Counted from the stretch's first letter, positions 51,279-63,612 are shown. The stretch is 64,000 nucleotides of DNA from an uncultured bacterium (GCA_965112635.1 OZ218778.1:1376001-1440000); one strand, 5' to 3'. Program-made: numbers and translations. Notes: generated by a model from the letters alone, not told the origin.

Positions 51279-51370
51279 GAACAATGCAGGCAATGTTATT
51301 AATGCAATACCTTGCCTGCGTTGTTCTGGTCAAATAGCTGAAAATTAAATCATTTAAATTGGAGATTCCT

Positions 51371-53137
51371 TTGCCCCAGCAAGCATCTCAACCTAATTCG
51401 CCGGAAAGCCTGGAAACCTTACGGCACAGCACGGCCCATTTGATGGCCCAAGCTGTCCAGGAGCTTTTCCCGGGCACGCACCTGACCATTGGCCCAGCCA
51501 TTGAGGAGGGCTTCTATTATGATTTCGACTCGTCCCACAAATTCCTGCCTGAGGACCTGCCGGTCATCGAAAAAAAGATGAAGGAGCTGGCCAAGAAAAA
51601 GATCCCTATCGTTAAAAAAGAAATGAGCAGGGAAGAATATGCCAAGCTCATGGAAAGCAAGGGAGAGAAGTTTAAGTTGGAGCTTTTGGCGGACATCCCG
51701 GCCAATGAAAAAGCCACCATTTACCAGCAGGACTGGTTCATTGACCTGTGCCGAGGCCCCCATGTGCCGGATACCAGCTACCTCAAAATTTTTAAGCTCT
51801 TAAGCGTGGCCGGGGCCTACTGGCGGGGGGACGAGCACAACCCCATGCTGCAGCGCATCTACGGCACCGCCTTTTTTAGTCAGGAAGAGCTGGACAGCCA
51901 TCTCAAAATGCTTGAAGAAGCCAAGCTCAGGGACCACCGCAAGCTGGGCAAGGAGATGGAAATATACTTTTTTGACGACGAGGTCGGGCCGGGCCTGCCC
52001 CTGTGGCTGCCCAACGGCGCCATCATGATGGAAGAACTGGAAAAACTGGCTAAGGAGACCGAATTCAAAGCCGGTTATGTCAGGGTGCGGACCCCGCACC
52101 TGACCAAGGAGTCGTTGTTCCTCAAGAGCGGCCACCTGCCCTACTACGCCGAGAGCATGTACCCTCCCATGGAGATGGATGGGTATCGCTATTACATCAA
52201 ACCCATGAACTGCCCCATGCATCACAAGATCTTTTCGTCCCGCCTCAGGTCCTACCGGGAGCTGCCTTTGCGGCTGGCCGAGTACGGCACCTGTTACCGC
52301 TACGAAAAGAGCGGCGAGCTCTTCGGCCTGATGCGGGTGCGTTCCATGCAGATGAACGACGCCCATATCTACTGCCCGGAGGAACTTTTTGAGCAGGAAT
52401 TCATGGCGGTCATCGAAATGTACCGTTACTATTTCAAGTTGTTCGGCATTGATAAATATGTGATGCGCCTTTCCACGCACCACAAGGACGGCCTGGGAAA
52501 GAAATACGTGGACAATGAGAGGCTGTGGCTGCACACCGAGGACCTGGTCCGCCGCGCTATGAAGAACGGCAAGGTCCCCTTCCAGGAAGTGCCGGACGAG
52601 GCGGCCTTTTACGGTCCCAAGATCGACGTGCAGATCTGGAGCGCCATCGGCAAGGAGTTCACCCTCGCCACCAACCAGGTGGATTTCGCCCAACCCAGCC
52701 GGTTCGGACTCAACTTCATCAACCGGACGGGCAAGGAAGAGACGCCGCTGTGCATCCACCGGGCGCCTTTGTCCACCCACGAGCGCATGGTCGGGTTCCT
52801 TTTAGAACACTACGCGGGTGCGTTCCCGGTCTGGCTGGCGCCGGTGCAGGCGCGTGTCCTGCCCATCACGGACAGCCAGTTAGCCTACGCCAAAAAAGTC
52901 TGCGAGACCCTCAAAGACGGAGGCATCCGGGCCGAAGTGGACGAGCGCAACGAAAAGCTCGGCGGCAAGATCAGGACCGCCCAGATGGAAAAGATCCCCT
53001 ACATGCTAGTAGTCGGCGACAAAGAGATGCAGAGCGGCCAGGTGGCCGTGCGCACCCGCAAGAGCGAGGACCTGGGGCCCATGCCCCTGGCCGGCTTCCT
53101 CCAGAAGATCCAGAAGGAAATCGCCGAAAAGGCGTAG
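51371..53137 (+). CDS. thrS: Threonine--tRNA ligase (short form without TGS domain)
   Basis: LRHSTAHLMAQAV, DLCRGPH, KPMNCP, AFYGPKID, IHRA; TTG start after GGAG is inferred. Confidence 0.96.
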   Translation: MPQQASQPNSPESLETLRHSTAHLMAQAVQELFPGTHLTIGPAIEEGFYYDFDSSHKFLPEDLPVIEKKMKELAKKKIPIVKKEMSREEYAKLMESKGEKFKLELLADIPANEKATIYQQDWFIDLCRGPHVPDTSYLKIFKLLSVAGAYWRGDEHNPMLQRIYGTAFFSQEELDSHLKMLEEAKLRDHRKLGKEMEIYFFDDEVGPGLPLWLPNGAIMMEELEKLAKETEFKAGYVRVRTPHLTKESLFLKSGHLPYYAESMYPPMEMDGYRYYIKPMNCPMHHKIFSSRLRSYRELPLRLAEYGTCYRYEKSGELFGLMRVRSMQMNDAHIYCPEELFEQEFMAVIEMYRYYFKLFGIDKYVMRLSTHHKDGLGKKYVDNERLWLHTEDLVRRAMKNGKVPFQEVPDEAAFYGPKIDVQIWSAIGKEFTLATNQVDFAQPSRFGLNFINRTGKEETPLCIHRAPLSTHERMVGFLLEHYAGAFPVWLAPVQARVLPITDSQLAYAKKVCETLKDGGIRAEVDERNEKLGGKIRTAQMEKIPYMLVVGDKEMQSGQVAVRTRKSEDLGPMPLAGFLQKIQKEIAEKA

Positions 53138-53218
53138 TTTTTGCCTTCATTTCCCGCAGTGTTTCCCTTAACCAATCTTGGTAAATCTATCAACGGCTGG
53201 TAAACTATCCCTATCGAT

Positions 53219-56016
<2,798 letters not shown>

Positions 56017-56035
56017 ATTAGGCTTAACTTATTAC

Positions 56036-58681
56036 ATGCGGAAAGGGTTTATTCCGTTGAAGAACCTTAGAAACAAAAAGCTGGTCCTGATTGACGGGCA
56101 TTCGCAGGCCTACCGCTCCTTTTACGCCCTGCCGTCCCTGACCAATTCCAAGGGCCAGCCCACCAATGCCGTTTACGGGTTCCTTACCACGATTTTCAAG
56201 ATCATTAAAGAGCAGGAGCCGGATTACCTAGCCGTGTCTTTTGACCTGGCCGGCCCCACTTTCCGCAAGAAAAAATTCGAAGCGTACAAAGCCCACCGCA
56301 AACCCATGCCTGACGAGCTGGTTTCCCAGATACCGCTTTTGCGGAAATGCCTCCAGGCTATGGGCATCCCCATTTTTGAAAAAGAGGGTTTTGAGGCTGA
56401 TGACTGCATGGCTACTTTGGCTAAAAAAGCCGAGAGCGAGGGACTGGAGGTCCTCATTGCCACCGGCGACAAGGATATCCTGCAGCTGGTGGATGAAAAG
56501 ATAAAGGTCCTGCGCGTGCACAAGAGCGAGCTGTCTATCTATGACAAGGACAAGGTCAAGGAGCAGTACGGAGTGGGGCCTGAGGGAATCGCGGACCTCT
56601 TGGGATTGATGGGAGATGCCAGCGACAACATCCCCGGCGTCAAAGGGGTCGGCGAAAAAACAGCGGCCGGGCTGATGGAGCAGTTCGGTTCCCTGGACAA
56701 GATTTATGGCCATCTGGACAAGGTCAAAAGCGACAAGATGCGGGAGAACCTGCAAGCGCAAGAAGAATCTGCCCGGATGTCGCGTGATCTGGCCCGGTTA
56801 GACCTGGCCGTTCCTTTGGAAATTAAGTGGGACGACTGCAAGGTCGGCGCTTACAACACACCGGAATTTTATAATTTCCTCAAGGAAATGGAGTTCAAAA
56901 GGCTCCTCTCCGAGTTCACGCCTCCAGCCCCGGCAACTCCCGAGGGTATGGCTATGGCCTCGTCTGTGTTTGAGACCTTTACCCAGGCCAAAGAAATCCA
57001 GGCGCTTGTCAAGGAAATGAAAAAACAAAAGGCCCTTAGCCTGGCCCTGCTGCAGGGAGAGGGCCATCCTTTGGAAGCGCCTTTGCTGGGTCTGACTTTT
57101 TGTTTTGGTCCGCAAAGCACTTACTTTATTCCCGCGGGCCCTGTACTGGAAAAGACCCTGCCAGACCTTAAAACCATTCTGGAAGATGAGGCTATCTGTA
57201 AGGTCGGGCACAACTTAAAAAGTAAACAACTGGGACTGTTCTCTCTTGGCGTTGTGCTAAAAGGCCTTTGTTTTGACACCATGCTGGCCGGGCACCTCTT
57301 GGATGAACAGCAGGCGCCAGGAAGGGAACTGGGAGGATTGACCCTGGCTTATCTGTCCGAAGTGTTGGAGAAAAGCGAACCCAGCCCGCAAAGCGCTGCG
57401 ACCGAGGCGTTATCAGTATGGAAATTGGTCCCCCTGATGAAGGAAAAGTTAAAGGATAAAAGGCTGGAGGAGCTTTATTTAACCTTGGAGATGCCGCTCT
57501 TAAAGGTGTTGGCCCGGATGGAGCAGAGGGGCGTGGCTGTGGACAGGATGGTCCTTAAAAAGATCTCCATTGAACTGGAAAGGGAGTTGGAGCGTTTGAC
57601 CGGAGAGATCTACGGACTGGCCGGAGAGACCTTTAACATCAACTCCACCCAGCAGCTGGCCAAGATACTCTTTGAAAAATTAAAGCTTCCCACAGTCAGG
57701 AAGACCAAGACCGGATATTCCACGGATGTGGAGGTCTTGGAAGAGCTGTCGGACAAGCACCCTTTACCGGCCAAGCTGCTGGACTACCGCCAATATAACA
57801 AACTCAAGAATACCTATGTGGATGCCCTGCCCGAGCTCGTCCTCAAAAGCACAGGAAGGATACACCCGGTTTTCCACCAGAACGGCACGGCCACAGGCAG
57901 GCTTTCCTGCAGCGACCCCAACCTCCAAAACATCCCCATCAGGACCGACTGGGGCGTTAAGATACGGGAGGCTTTTGTGGCGGGCAAAAAAGACCAGACG
58001 CTCCTGTCCGCGGACTATTCCCAGATTGAGCTGCGGGTCCTGGCCCACCTGTCCCAGGACCAGGGGCTGATGGAGGCTTTCCAAAAGGGCGTGGACATCC
58101 ATACCCAGACCGGCCAAAGGATATTCGGAGTCAAGGAGGTCAGCAAGGATATGAGGCGCAAGGCCAAAGTAGTCAACTTTGGGGTCATTTACGGTATGAG
58201 CCCTTTTGGTTTGGCCAAAGAGCTGGAAATACCAGTAGGCCAGGCGCAGGACTATATCGAGGGTTATTTCCGGACCTATCCCAGGGTCAGGGAATATTTT
58301 AACGGCGTCATCCTGCAGGCCCAAAAGAGCGGGTATGTGTCCACGCAGGGAGGCAGGAAAAGATATTTGCCTGACCTGTTGTCCCAAAACAAGAACAAAA
58401 GGGATCTGGCCGAGCGCATGGCTTTTAACACTCCTATCCAGGGCACAGCCGCGGAACTTATCAAAAAGGCCATGCTGGATATCGAGGCAAAGACGGACAA
58501 GGACAAACTGCCCCTGTCCATGATCCTGCAGGTGCATGACGAGTTGGTCTTTGAAGTCCCTAAAACGCAGGCGGAAGAAATGGCCAAGGTCGTCAAATCA
58601 ATTATGGAAAAGGCCATGCCTTTGTCCGTGCCCGTGGAAGTGGAAGTCAAATCCGGGGCTAACTGGCGGTTAGCACATTAG
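56036..58681 (+). CDS. polA: DNA polymerase I
   Basis: 5'-3' exonuclease (LIDGHS, EADD, GDASDNIPGV), TATGRLS, DYSQIELR, LQVHDEL. Confidence 0.97.
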   Translation: MRKGFIPLKNLRNKKLVLIDGHSQAYRSFYALPSLTNSKGQPTNAVYGFLTTIFKIIKEQEPDYLAVSFDLAGPTFRKKKFEAYKAHRKPMPDELVSQIPLLRKCLQAMGIPIFEKEGFEADDCMATLAKKAESEGLEVLIATGDKDILQLVDEKIKVLRVHKSELSIYDKDKVKEQYGVGPEGIADLLGLMGDASDNIPGVKGVGEKTAAGLMEQFGSLDKIYGHLDKVKSDKMRENLQAQEESARMSRDLARLDLAVPLEIKWDDCKVGAYNTPEFYNFLKEMEFKRLLSEFTPPAPATPEGMAMASSVFETFTQAKEIQALVKEMKKQKALSLALLQGEGHPLEAPLLGLTFCFGPQSTYFIPAGPVLEKTLPDLKTILEDEAICKVGHNLKSKQLGLFSLGVVLKGLCFDTMLAGHLLDEQQAPGRELGGLTLAYLSEVLEKSEPSPQSAATEALSVWKLVPLMKEKLKDKRLEELYLTLEMPLLKVLARMEQRGVAVDRMVLKKISIELERELERLTGEIYGLAGETFNINSTQQLAKILFEKLKLPTVRKTKTGYSTDVEVLEELSDKHPLPAKLLDYRQYNKLKNTYVDALPELVLKSTGRIHPVFHQNGTATGRLSCSDPNLQNIPIRTDWGVKIREAFVAGKKDQTLLSADYSQIELRVLAHLSQDQGLMEAFQKGVDIHTQTGQRIFGVKEVSKDMRRKAKVVNFGVIYGMSPFGLAKELEIPVGQAQDYIEGYFRTYPRVREYFNGVILQAQKSGYVSTQGGRKRYLPDLLSQNKNKRDLAERMAFNTPIQGTAAELIKKAMLDIEAKTDKDKLPLSMILQVHDELVFEVPKTQAEEMAKVVKSIMEKAMPLSVPVEVEVKSGANWRLAH

Positions 58682-58746
58682 TAGAGGGTTGATCTAGTCG
58701 GCAGGTACAGAAAAGGTCAAAACCGAATTTCAAAAGGAGGAAATAA

Positions 58747-59187
58747 ATGGCTGAGTCTGGTGAAAAACTCACAGCCAAAGTAACGATAGAGATCAAGGCT
58801 CCCGTGCACAAAGTCTGGGAGGCCCTGACTAGGCCGGACCTGATACGAAGATACCTGTTCGGGGCAGAAGTAAGAACTGATTGGAAAGTTGGAAGCCCTA
58901 TTATTTACAGGGGGGTTACGGAGGGGGATAAGTTTGAGGATAAGGGAGTAATCCTCAGCTTGGAGCAGAATAAATTCCTGCAAATAACCCAGTGGAGCAA
59001 CATGTCCGGCCTGCCCGATGAGGAAGAGAACTATACTAAGATAACTTATACCCTTTCTTTTGCAGAGGGCATCACTTCCTTGTCTGTTATCCAGGACAAT
59101 CTTCCCTCCGATAAGATGCGGATTTATCTGGAGCATAATTGGAAGCTTGCGCTTAATAAAATGAAAAGGCTTTTGGAAAGAAGGTAG
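58747..59187 (+). CDS. SRPBCC/AHSA1-like protein
   Basis: IKAPVHKVWEALTRPDLIRRYLFG...DWKVGS; AGGAGG RBS. Confidence 0.85.
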   Translation: MAESGEKLTAKVTIEIKAPVHKVWEALTRPDLIRRYLFGAEVRTDWKVGSPIIYRGVTEGDKFEDKGVILSLEQNKFLQITQWSNMSGLPDEEENYTKITYTLSFAEGITSLSVIQDNLPSDKMRIYLEHNWKLALNKMKRLLERR

Positions 59188-59389
59188 CGGTGTGGTATTT
59201 CCAAAGGCTTTCAATATTATTGATAACCTGATAAGATGAAACACTCTTAAATGTTAATAACGATGAGTCTGTTAGTAATAGAGCCGGGGTGGCTGGTGAC
59301 AGCTTCTTTAAAAATTTAAAGGAAAGCGGCCTCCGCCACTTTGAATGCCGGCATATTATGTGAATGTTGGTAGGTCCGATAGTTTAAGC

Positions 59390-59478
<89 letters not shown>

Positions 59479-59581
59479 TAAAGAAAGTTCAGAGTTCAAG
59501 GTTCGAAGTATATTGTTCCTGCCAAACGGCTGTTTGGCACGCTCACTTTTGAGCGGGAACGCATATAACAAAAGTTCACGA

Positions 59582-59658
<77 letters not shown>

Positions 59659-59662
59659 AATG

Positions 59663-59701
59663 AAGCCCCAGTCCTATCAAGGGACTGGGGCTTATTTTTT
59701 T
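59663..59701 (+). terminator. Rho-independent terminator
   Basis: aagccccagtcc / ggactggggctt stem followed by a T tract. Confidence 0.85.
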
Positions 59702-59757
59702 GAAAAGTTAGGCTACAATTGGGAACGGTTGTTCAACCTTAAGCGACAGGAGGGGGC

Positions 59758-60654
59758 GTGCCCCAGAATATCCCGGTACTTTTTGTCCAGGAAAAGACCC
59801 TGGCCATGGCCTATGAAAAGGCCCTGGTGACACTTTATAAAAACGGCATCCGGATGCAGACCCAGTACGACAAGCCGGGCGATCCCCTGAGCATTGATTC
59901 CACGATGGATATCACGGTACTGGAGCCATTGGCCGACCCGATGATCCATAAAGCTTTCCCGGGCGGCATCGAGGACCTGAGGGAATATGTTTACGAACTG
60001 ACGGGCGCCAAGGACCACTGGGTCAAGAACATGAACGATCCCAAGGACACCCGGTGGGAATATACTTACCACGGCCGTCTGGCTTCGTATGGCACCTGGA
60101 AAGAACTTAAGGAGGGCCGTTCGGTCAAGACCGGAACCATGGACATCAACCAGGTGGAAAAGGTGGTCGAGAGCCTGGCCAAGTCGCCTTTTACGCGCAG
60201 GGCGCAGATGATCACCTGGATGCCCAACCTGGATTTTGACTGTTATGACCCGCCCTGCCTGCAGTCTTTGTGGTACAGGATGCTGGAGGACGAAAAGGGC
60301 GGGCTATGGCTCAACTGCAACGTGCGGTTCAGGAGCAACGACGCCTGGGGCGCCAACTTTATGAACATGTTCGGGTTCGTCCAGTTCAACAAAGAGGTGA
60401 TCGCGGAAGGCATCGCCAAAAAACTGGGCCGGCCGGTCAGCCTGGCCCGGATGAACTGGCACGCGGACTCGTGGCATGTGTACGGCAAGGATATCAAGAG
60501 CTTAGAAAGCATGCTGATTGAAAGGTTGGACAAGACCGCTTTCGAGCGCAGGGTCTATAACTTTTACGACCCGGCCATCCAGGAAATTTACCATGGCGCC
60601 GAAGAGGATATCCAAAGAAAGATCAGGGAATATGACGCGAGCCACAAAGTGTAA
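59758..60654 (+). CDS. Thymidylate synthase family protein (archaeal-like ThyA)
   Basis: YTYHGRL, TRRAQMITW, DPPCLQS (catalytic Cys), FRSND, SWHVY. Confidence 0.8.
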   Translation: MPQNIPVLFVQEKTLAMAYEKALVTLYKNGIRMQTQYDKPGDPLSIDSTMDITVLEPLADPMIHKAFPGGIEDLREYVYELTGAKDHWVKNMNDPKDTRWEYTYHGRLASYGTWKELKEGRSVKTGTMDINQVEKVVESLAKSPFTRRAQMITWMPNLDFDCYDPPCLQSLWYRMLEDEKGGLWLNCNVRFRSNDAWGANFMNMFGFVQFNKEVIAEGIAKKLGRPVSLARMNWHADSWHVYGKDIKSLESMLIERLDKTAFERRVYNFYDPAIQEIYHGAEEDIQRKIREYDASHKV

Positions 60655-61189
60655 CGAAAAAAAAGGCTGCTGTTCCTGTTGTGAATGCGGGCCCGTGGTC
60701 CGCATCAGGAAGGCCGTAGCGGCCGACCTGGGGGCCATTACCCGCATCTATAACGAGGTGGTGCGGACGACCACGGCGACCTTTGACACCAAACCCAGGA
60801 CCGTAGGCCAGCAGAAAACATGGTTCAAGATGCACGATGCCAAACATCCCATCCTGGTGGTTGAACTCGATGGCCGGGTGGTCGCGTGGGCTTCTTTGAG
60901 CCGCTGGTCTGAACGGTTGGGTTATGCCAGGACCGCGGAAATATCGCTCTATGTGGAGAAAAAGTTGCGCGGCCTGGGCCTCGGCAGGCTGCTGGGGCAG
61001 GCCATCCTCGAGAAGGGGAAAGAGCTGGGGCACCATACCGTCATCACCCGCATCACGGACGAAAATAAAGCGAGCCTGCGCCTGCATAAAGAGTTCGGTT
61101 TCCGGAAGATCGGGGTGATGAAGCAGGTGGGCTTCAAGGCTGGCCGTTTTCTGGACGTGTATCTGATGCAGTTGATCTTTAAAAGGTAG
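60632..61189 (+). CDS. GNAT acetyltransferase, phosphinothricin/YncA type
   Basis: IYNEVVRTTTATFD, AEISLYV, RGLGLG, N.ASLRLH..FGF, VGFKAGRFLDV. Confidence 0.88.
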   Translation: MTRATKCNEKKGCCSCCECGPVVRIRKAVAADLGAITRIYNEVVRTTTATFDTKPRTVGQQKTWFKMHDAKHPILVVELDGRVVAWASLSRWSERLGYARTAEISLYVEKKLRGLGLGRLLGQAILEKGKELGHHTVITRITDENKASLRLHKEFGFRKIGVMKQVGFKAGRFLDVYLMQLIFKR

Positions 61190-61328
61190 TTTGGATGATC
61201 GGGCCGAACATCTGTTCGGCTCAATTCAATACGAGGGCTATCCTGAACCGGGGCAGACCCCAAAAGACCACGGCAGATGGGGTGCACTCGCCATCATGCC
61301 GTAATCTTCAGAACAACTTCTTGTTTTT

Positions 61329-61637
61329 TTAAGACTTATTTTGCTTGCCGCATTTGCAACCTACGCAGGTGCAAGCCTTGCCGCAGCAGCAGGACATTGC
61401 CGGATTGGCCTTTGTCTTGCCGGTGGCTTTGACGCAACCGCAGACGCATTTAGCTGGATCGCAGGTCTTGCTTCCCGGGGCGCAGCATTTGGCGTTAGGG
61501 CCGCAACAGGCTTTGTTTACACAGCAGCTTTTACCATTGGCCGCCTTGGCGCAGCATCCGGGGTCAGCAGCCAGGGTCAGGCCTGTCATGGATACTACAA
61601 AGGCCAGGGCCAGCAGACTAATGAACAGTGTACGCAT
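61329..61637 (-). CDS. Exported Cys-rich metallothionein-like protein
   Basis: GGAGG RBS, signal peptide, 19 Cys in CC/CxC/CCC motifs within about 78 mature residues. Confidence 0.75.
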   Translation of the reverse strand: MRTLFISLLALAFVVSMTGLTLAADPGCCAKAANGKSCCVNKACCGPNAKCCAPGSKTCDPAKCVCGCVKATGKTKANPAMSCCCGKACTCVGCKCGKQNKS

Positions 61638-61658
61638 GTGATTCACCTCCTTCCTGAA

Positions 61659-62111
61659 TTATTCAAAGCTTTTTTTCAACATTTCCACGAACTGTTTTTT
61701 CTGGTCTGGTTTCAATAGTTTTTGCACTTTGAGGATATGCCCCAGGCTGGCTATCTCCAGGTCGCTCCGGTCCTGGTTAAAAACGCGGATGACCCGGGAC
61801 ACTTCTTTTTTATCTATCCTGGAGGCATCCAGGAGGTCAGAGATCTTTTGGCGGTCCTTATCCACCTTTTCCTCATAAGCCTCTTTCTTGGCGTCAAAAT
61901 CCTTGTCCAGTTCGGAGAGCCCTTTGGTCTGTTCTGGGGAAAGGCACAGCTGCTTGCACAGGTACGGTTCCATGGCGCAGCAGCTCATATTGCAGTTGGC
62001 CATGCCGCAGCAGGAAGACTGTCCCTTGCCGCAGTAATACCGGCACAGGCCGAAAGTCCCCGCTCCCACGGCGATAAAAAGCACGATCAGGATGAGCCAT
62101 TTGTATTTCAT
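61659..62111 (-). CDS. Periplasmic heavy-metal sensor-like protein (CnrX/ZraP/CpxP type)
   Basis: N-terminal TM, Cys-rich segment, LSPEQ and LKPDQ LTxxQ-like motifs flanking a helical hairpin. Confidence 0.72.
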   Translation of the reverse strand: MKYKWLILIVLFIAVGAGTFGLCRYYCGKGQSSCCGMANCNMSCCAMEPYLCKQLCLSPEQTKGLSELDKDFDAKKEAYEEKVDKDRQKISDLLDASRIDKKEVSRVIRVFNQDRSDLEIASLGHILKVQKLLKPDQKKQFVEMLKKSFE

Positions 62112-62120
62112 ATCGTCTCC

Positions 62121-62582
62121 TTAATTCTTTTGATCGAGTTGGAAATAAGCTTTTTCCAGCATGCTGTCGGACGAGGCCGACAAATCGGACAGGCCCAGGC
62201 CGGAACTTAAACGCTGGTCTTCCAGCAGCTTGCTCTGCTGACGGGCCGTGAGGATGGCGCTGGACCCGGCACCGATGGCCAGGGCCAACAGTATTGCGAC
62301 CATAACGGGAAAAGGGGCAGGCAGCCACCAAGGGCCCAGACCCTGTTTTTCCTGTACGGTTTTTCTCCGGGCCACCTTGTTCCAGAAGGTCCGTTCAAAA
62401 TCCGGGGAAGGCGTGAATACAGGCAGCTGTCCCAGTTTGGCTGCGCTTTCGGCTAGGCGGTCATATTCCGTCTGGCACGCTTTGCAGGTCTGCAGATGAG
62501 CCTCTATTTCCTTCGTTTCTTCCTTGGACAGCTCCTTATCCAGATAAAACACCAGAACGGAGCTGACTGCCTTGCATTTCAC
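62121..62582 (-). CDS. Anti-sigma factor with zf-HC2 domain
   Basis: HLQTCKAC (HxxxCxxC), single TM segment. Confidence 0.85.
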   Translation of the reverse strand: MKCKAVSSVLVFYLDKELSKEETKEIEAHLQTCKACQTEYDRLAESAAKLGQLPVFTPSPDFERTFWNKVARRKTVQEKQGLGPWWLPAPFPVMVAILLALAIGAGSSAILTARQQSKLLEDQRLSSGLGLSDLSASSDSMLEKAYFQLDQKN

Positions 62583-62604
62583 TTAATATCACCCCCTGCT
62601 GATA

Positions 62605-62632
62605 TAGACGAGTGGGTCCCCCAAAAGTTACA
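62605..62632 (-). promoter_or_regulatory. Putative ECF-sigma promoter
   Basis: Minus strand TGTAAC-N16-CGTCTA between the sigma and anti-sigma genes, matching the general AAC/CGT ECF pattern. Confidence 0.6.
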
Positions 62633-62645
62633 AGCAAAGGACCTT

Positions 62646-63203
62646 TTATATCCCCAGTTTTTTGAGCCGGGTTTTTGCCCTGTAAATAAGCACTTTGACC
62701 TTTGCCAAGGAGCAGCCCATGACTTCGCTGATCTCCTGGTAGGCCATCCCTTCGAAATGGCTCAGGAATAGCGCCATCCTCTGTTGCTCCGGCAGTTTAT
62801 CCAGAAGGCCGGCCACCCGTCCGGATTCCTCTTTTTTCTCCAGGGTTTGTTCGGGGGTAGGCTCCGGGCTAGGGACGGTTTCGGACAGAGCGTGGTCTTC
62901 CTGGGACCGGCCTTTGGATTCCCAGGGCAACCAGGTGAATTTAGGTTTTTTGATCCTGTCCAGGCAGGCGTTCCGGGCGATGGCGAGAAGCCATAGTTTG
63001 AAGGAGGAGCGGCCCTCAAAAGAGGCCCGTTTAAAATAGGCCTTGAGGAACACTTCCTGGGCCAGGTCCTCAGCCTCAGCCCTGTTCTTGACCATGTAAA
63101 AGATAAAGTTGAAAACAGGGCGTTTGTACTTTTCAAAAAGGGTCTCAAAAGCCTTTTCGTCGCCGTCTTGATAGCTTTTTATGATCTCCGGGCTGTCCTG
63201 CAT
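62646..63203 (-). CDS. ECF RNA polymerase sigma factor
   Basis: AEDLAQEVFLKAY, FKLWLLAIARNACLD, LPEQQR...GMAYQEISEVMG. Confidence 0.93.
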   Translation of the reverse strand: MQDSPEIIKSYQDGDEKAFETLFEKYKRPVFNFIFYMVKNRAEAEDLAQEVFLKAYFKRASFEGRSSFKLWLLAIARNACLDRIKKPKFTWLPWESKGRSQEDHALSETVPSPEPTPEQTLEKKEESGRVAGLLDKLPEQQRMALFLSHFEGMAYQEISEVMGCSLAKVKVLIYRAKTRLKKLGI

Positions 63204-63312
63204 GGCTCCTCCCGCCTGTTAAGGCCACTCTTTTTATCCTATCACTATTGGAAAAAAATTAAGATGGATATTGAAACCATTGCGCATTAAGAATACTATT
63301 TGAAAGACCATT

Positions 63313-63561
63313 GCGGAGGGCCGCTGGCGCGTCTAACGGTAAGCGCCGAAAAGCTTTTCGACGCAAAAGTCATGGGAAGGGAACGCATCATTGGGTAAAG
63401 AGGCCATGACTTTTGACCCCAGACAAGGCCTTGGGGGCTGTAAATGCCTGAATGGCATTTACAGAGGCGGAAGCCGCCTGGGTCCCTGAGGGGGAGGCGG
63501 CTGAGCCCGGCCTGCAGGCGCCGCGTATCATAGCGGCGACCGGAAGGCAAATCCCTCGCCC
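63313..63561 (+). repeat. Hairpin-rich mosaic containing colinear fragments of the downstream tRNA-Ser
   Basis: Five 9-14 nt blocks matching 63611-63691 in order, separated by inverted repeats. Confidence 0.7.
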
Positions 63562-63612
63562 AACATCGTTAATTTAGTATGGTATGTTAAGGATAGGTTC
63601 AAGGTATTAAGC

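Noticed and set aside
59483-59507. Short gttc-containing heptamer-like repeats after tRNA-Leu
   Set aside because: Only about three degenerate units, too short to support a call.
63296-63550. 84-aa minus-strand ORF
   Set aside because: Lies over the hairpin/tRNA-fragment mosaic; no RBS or recognisable protein features.
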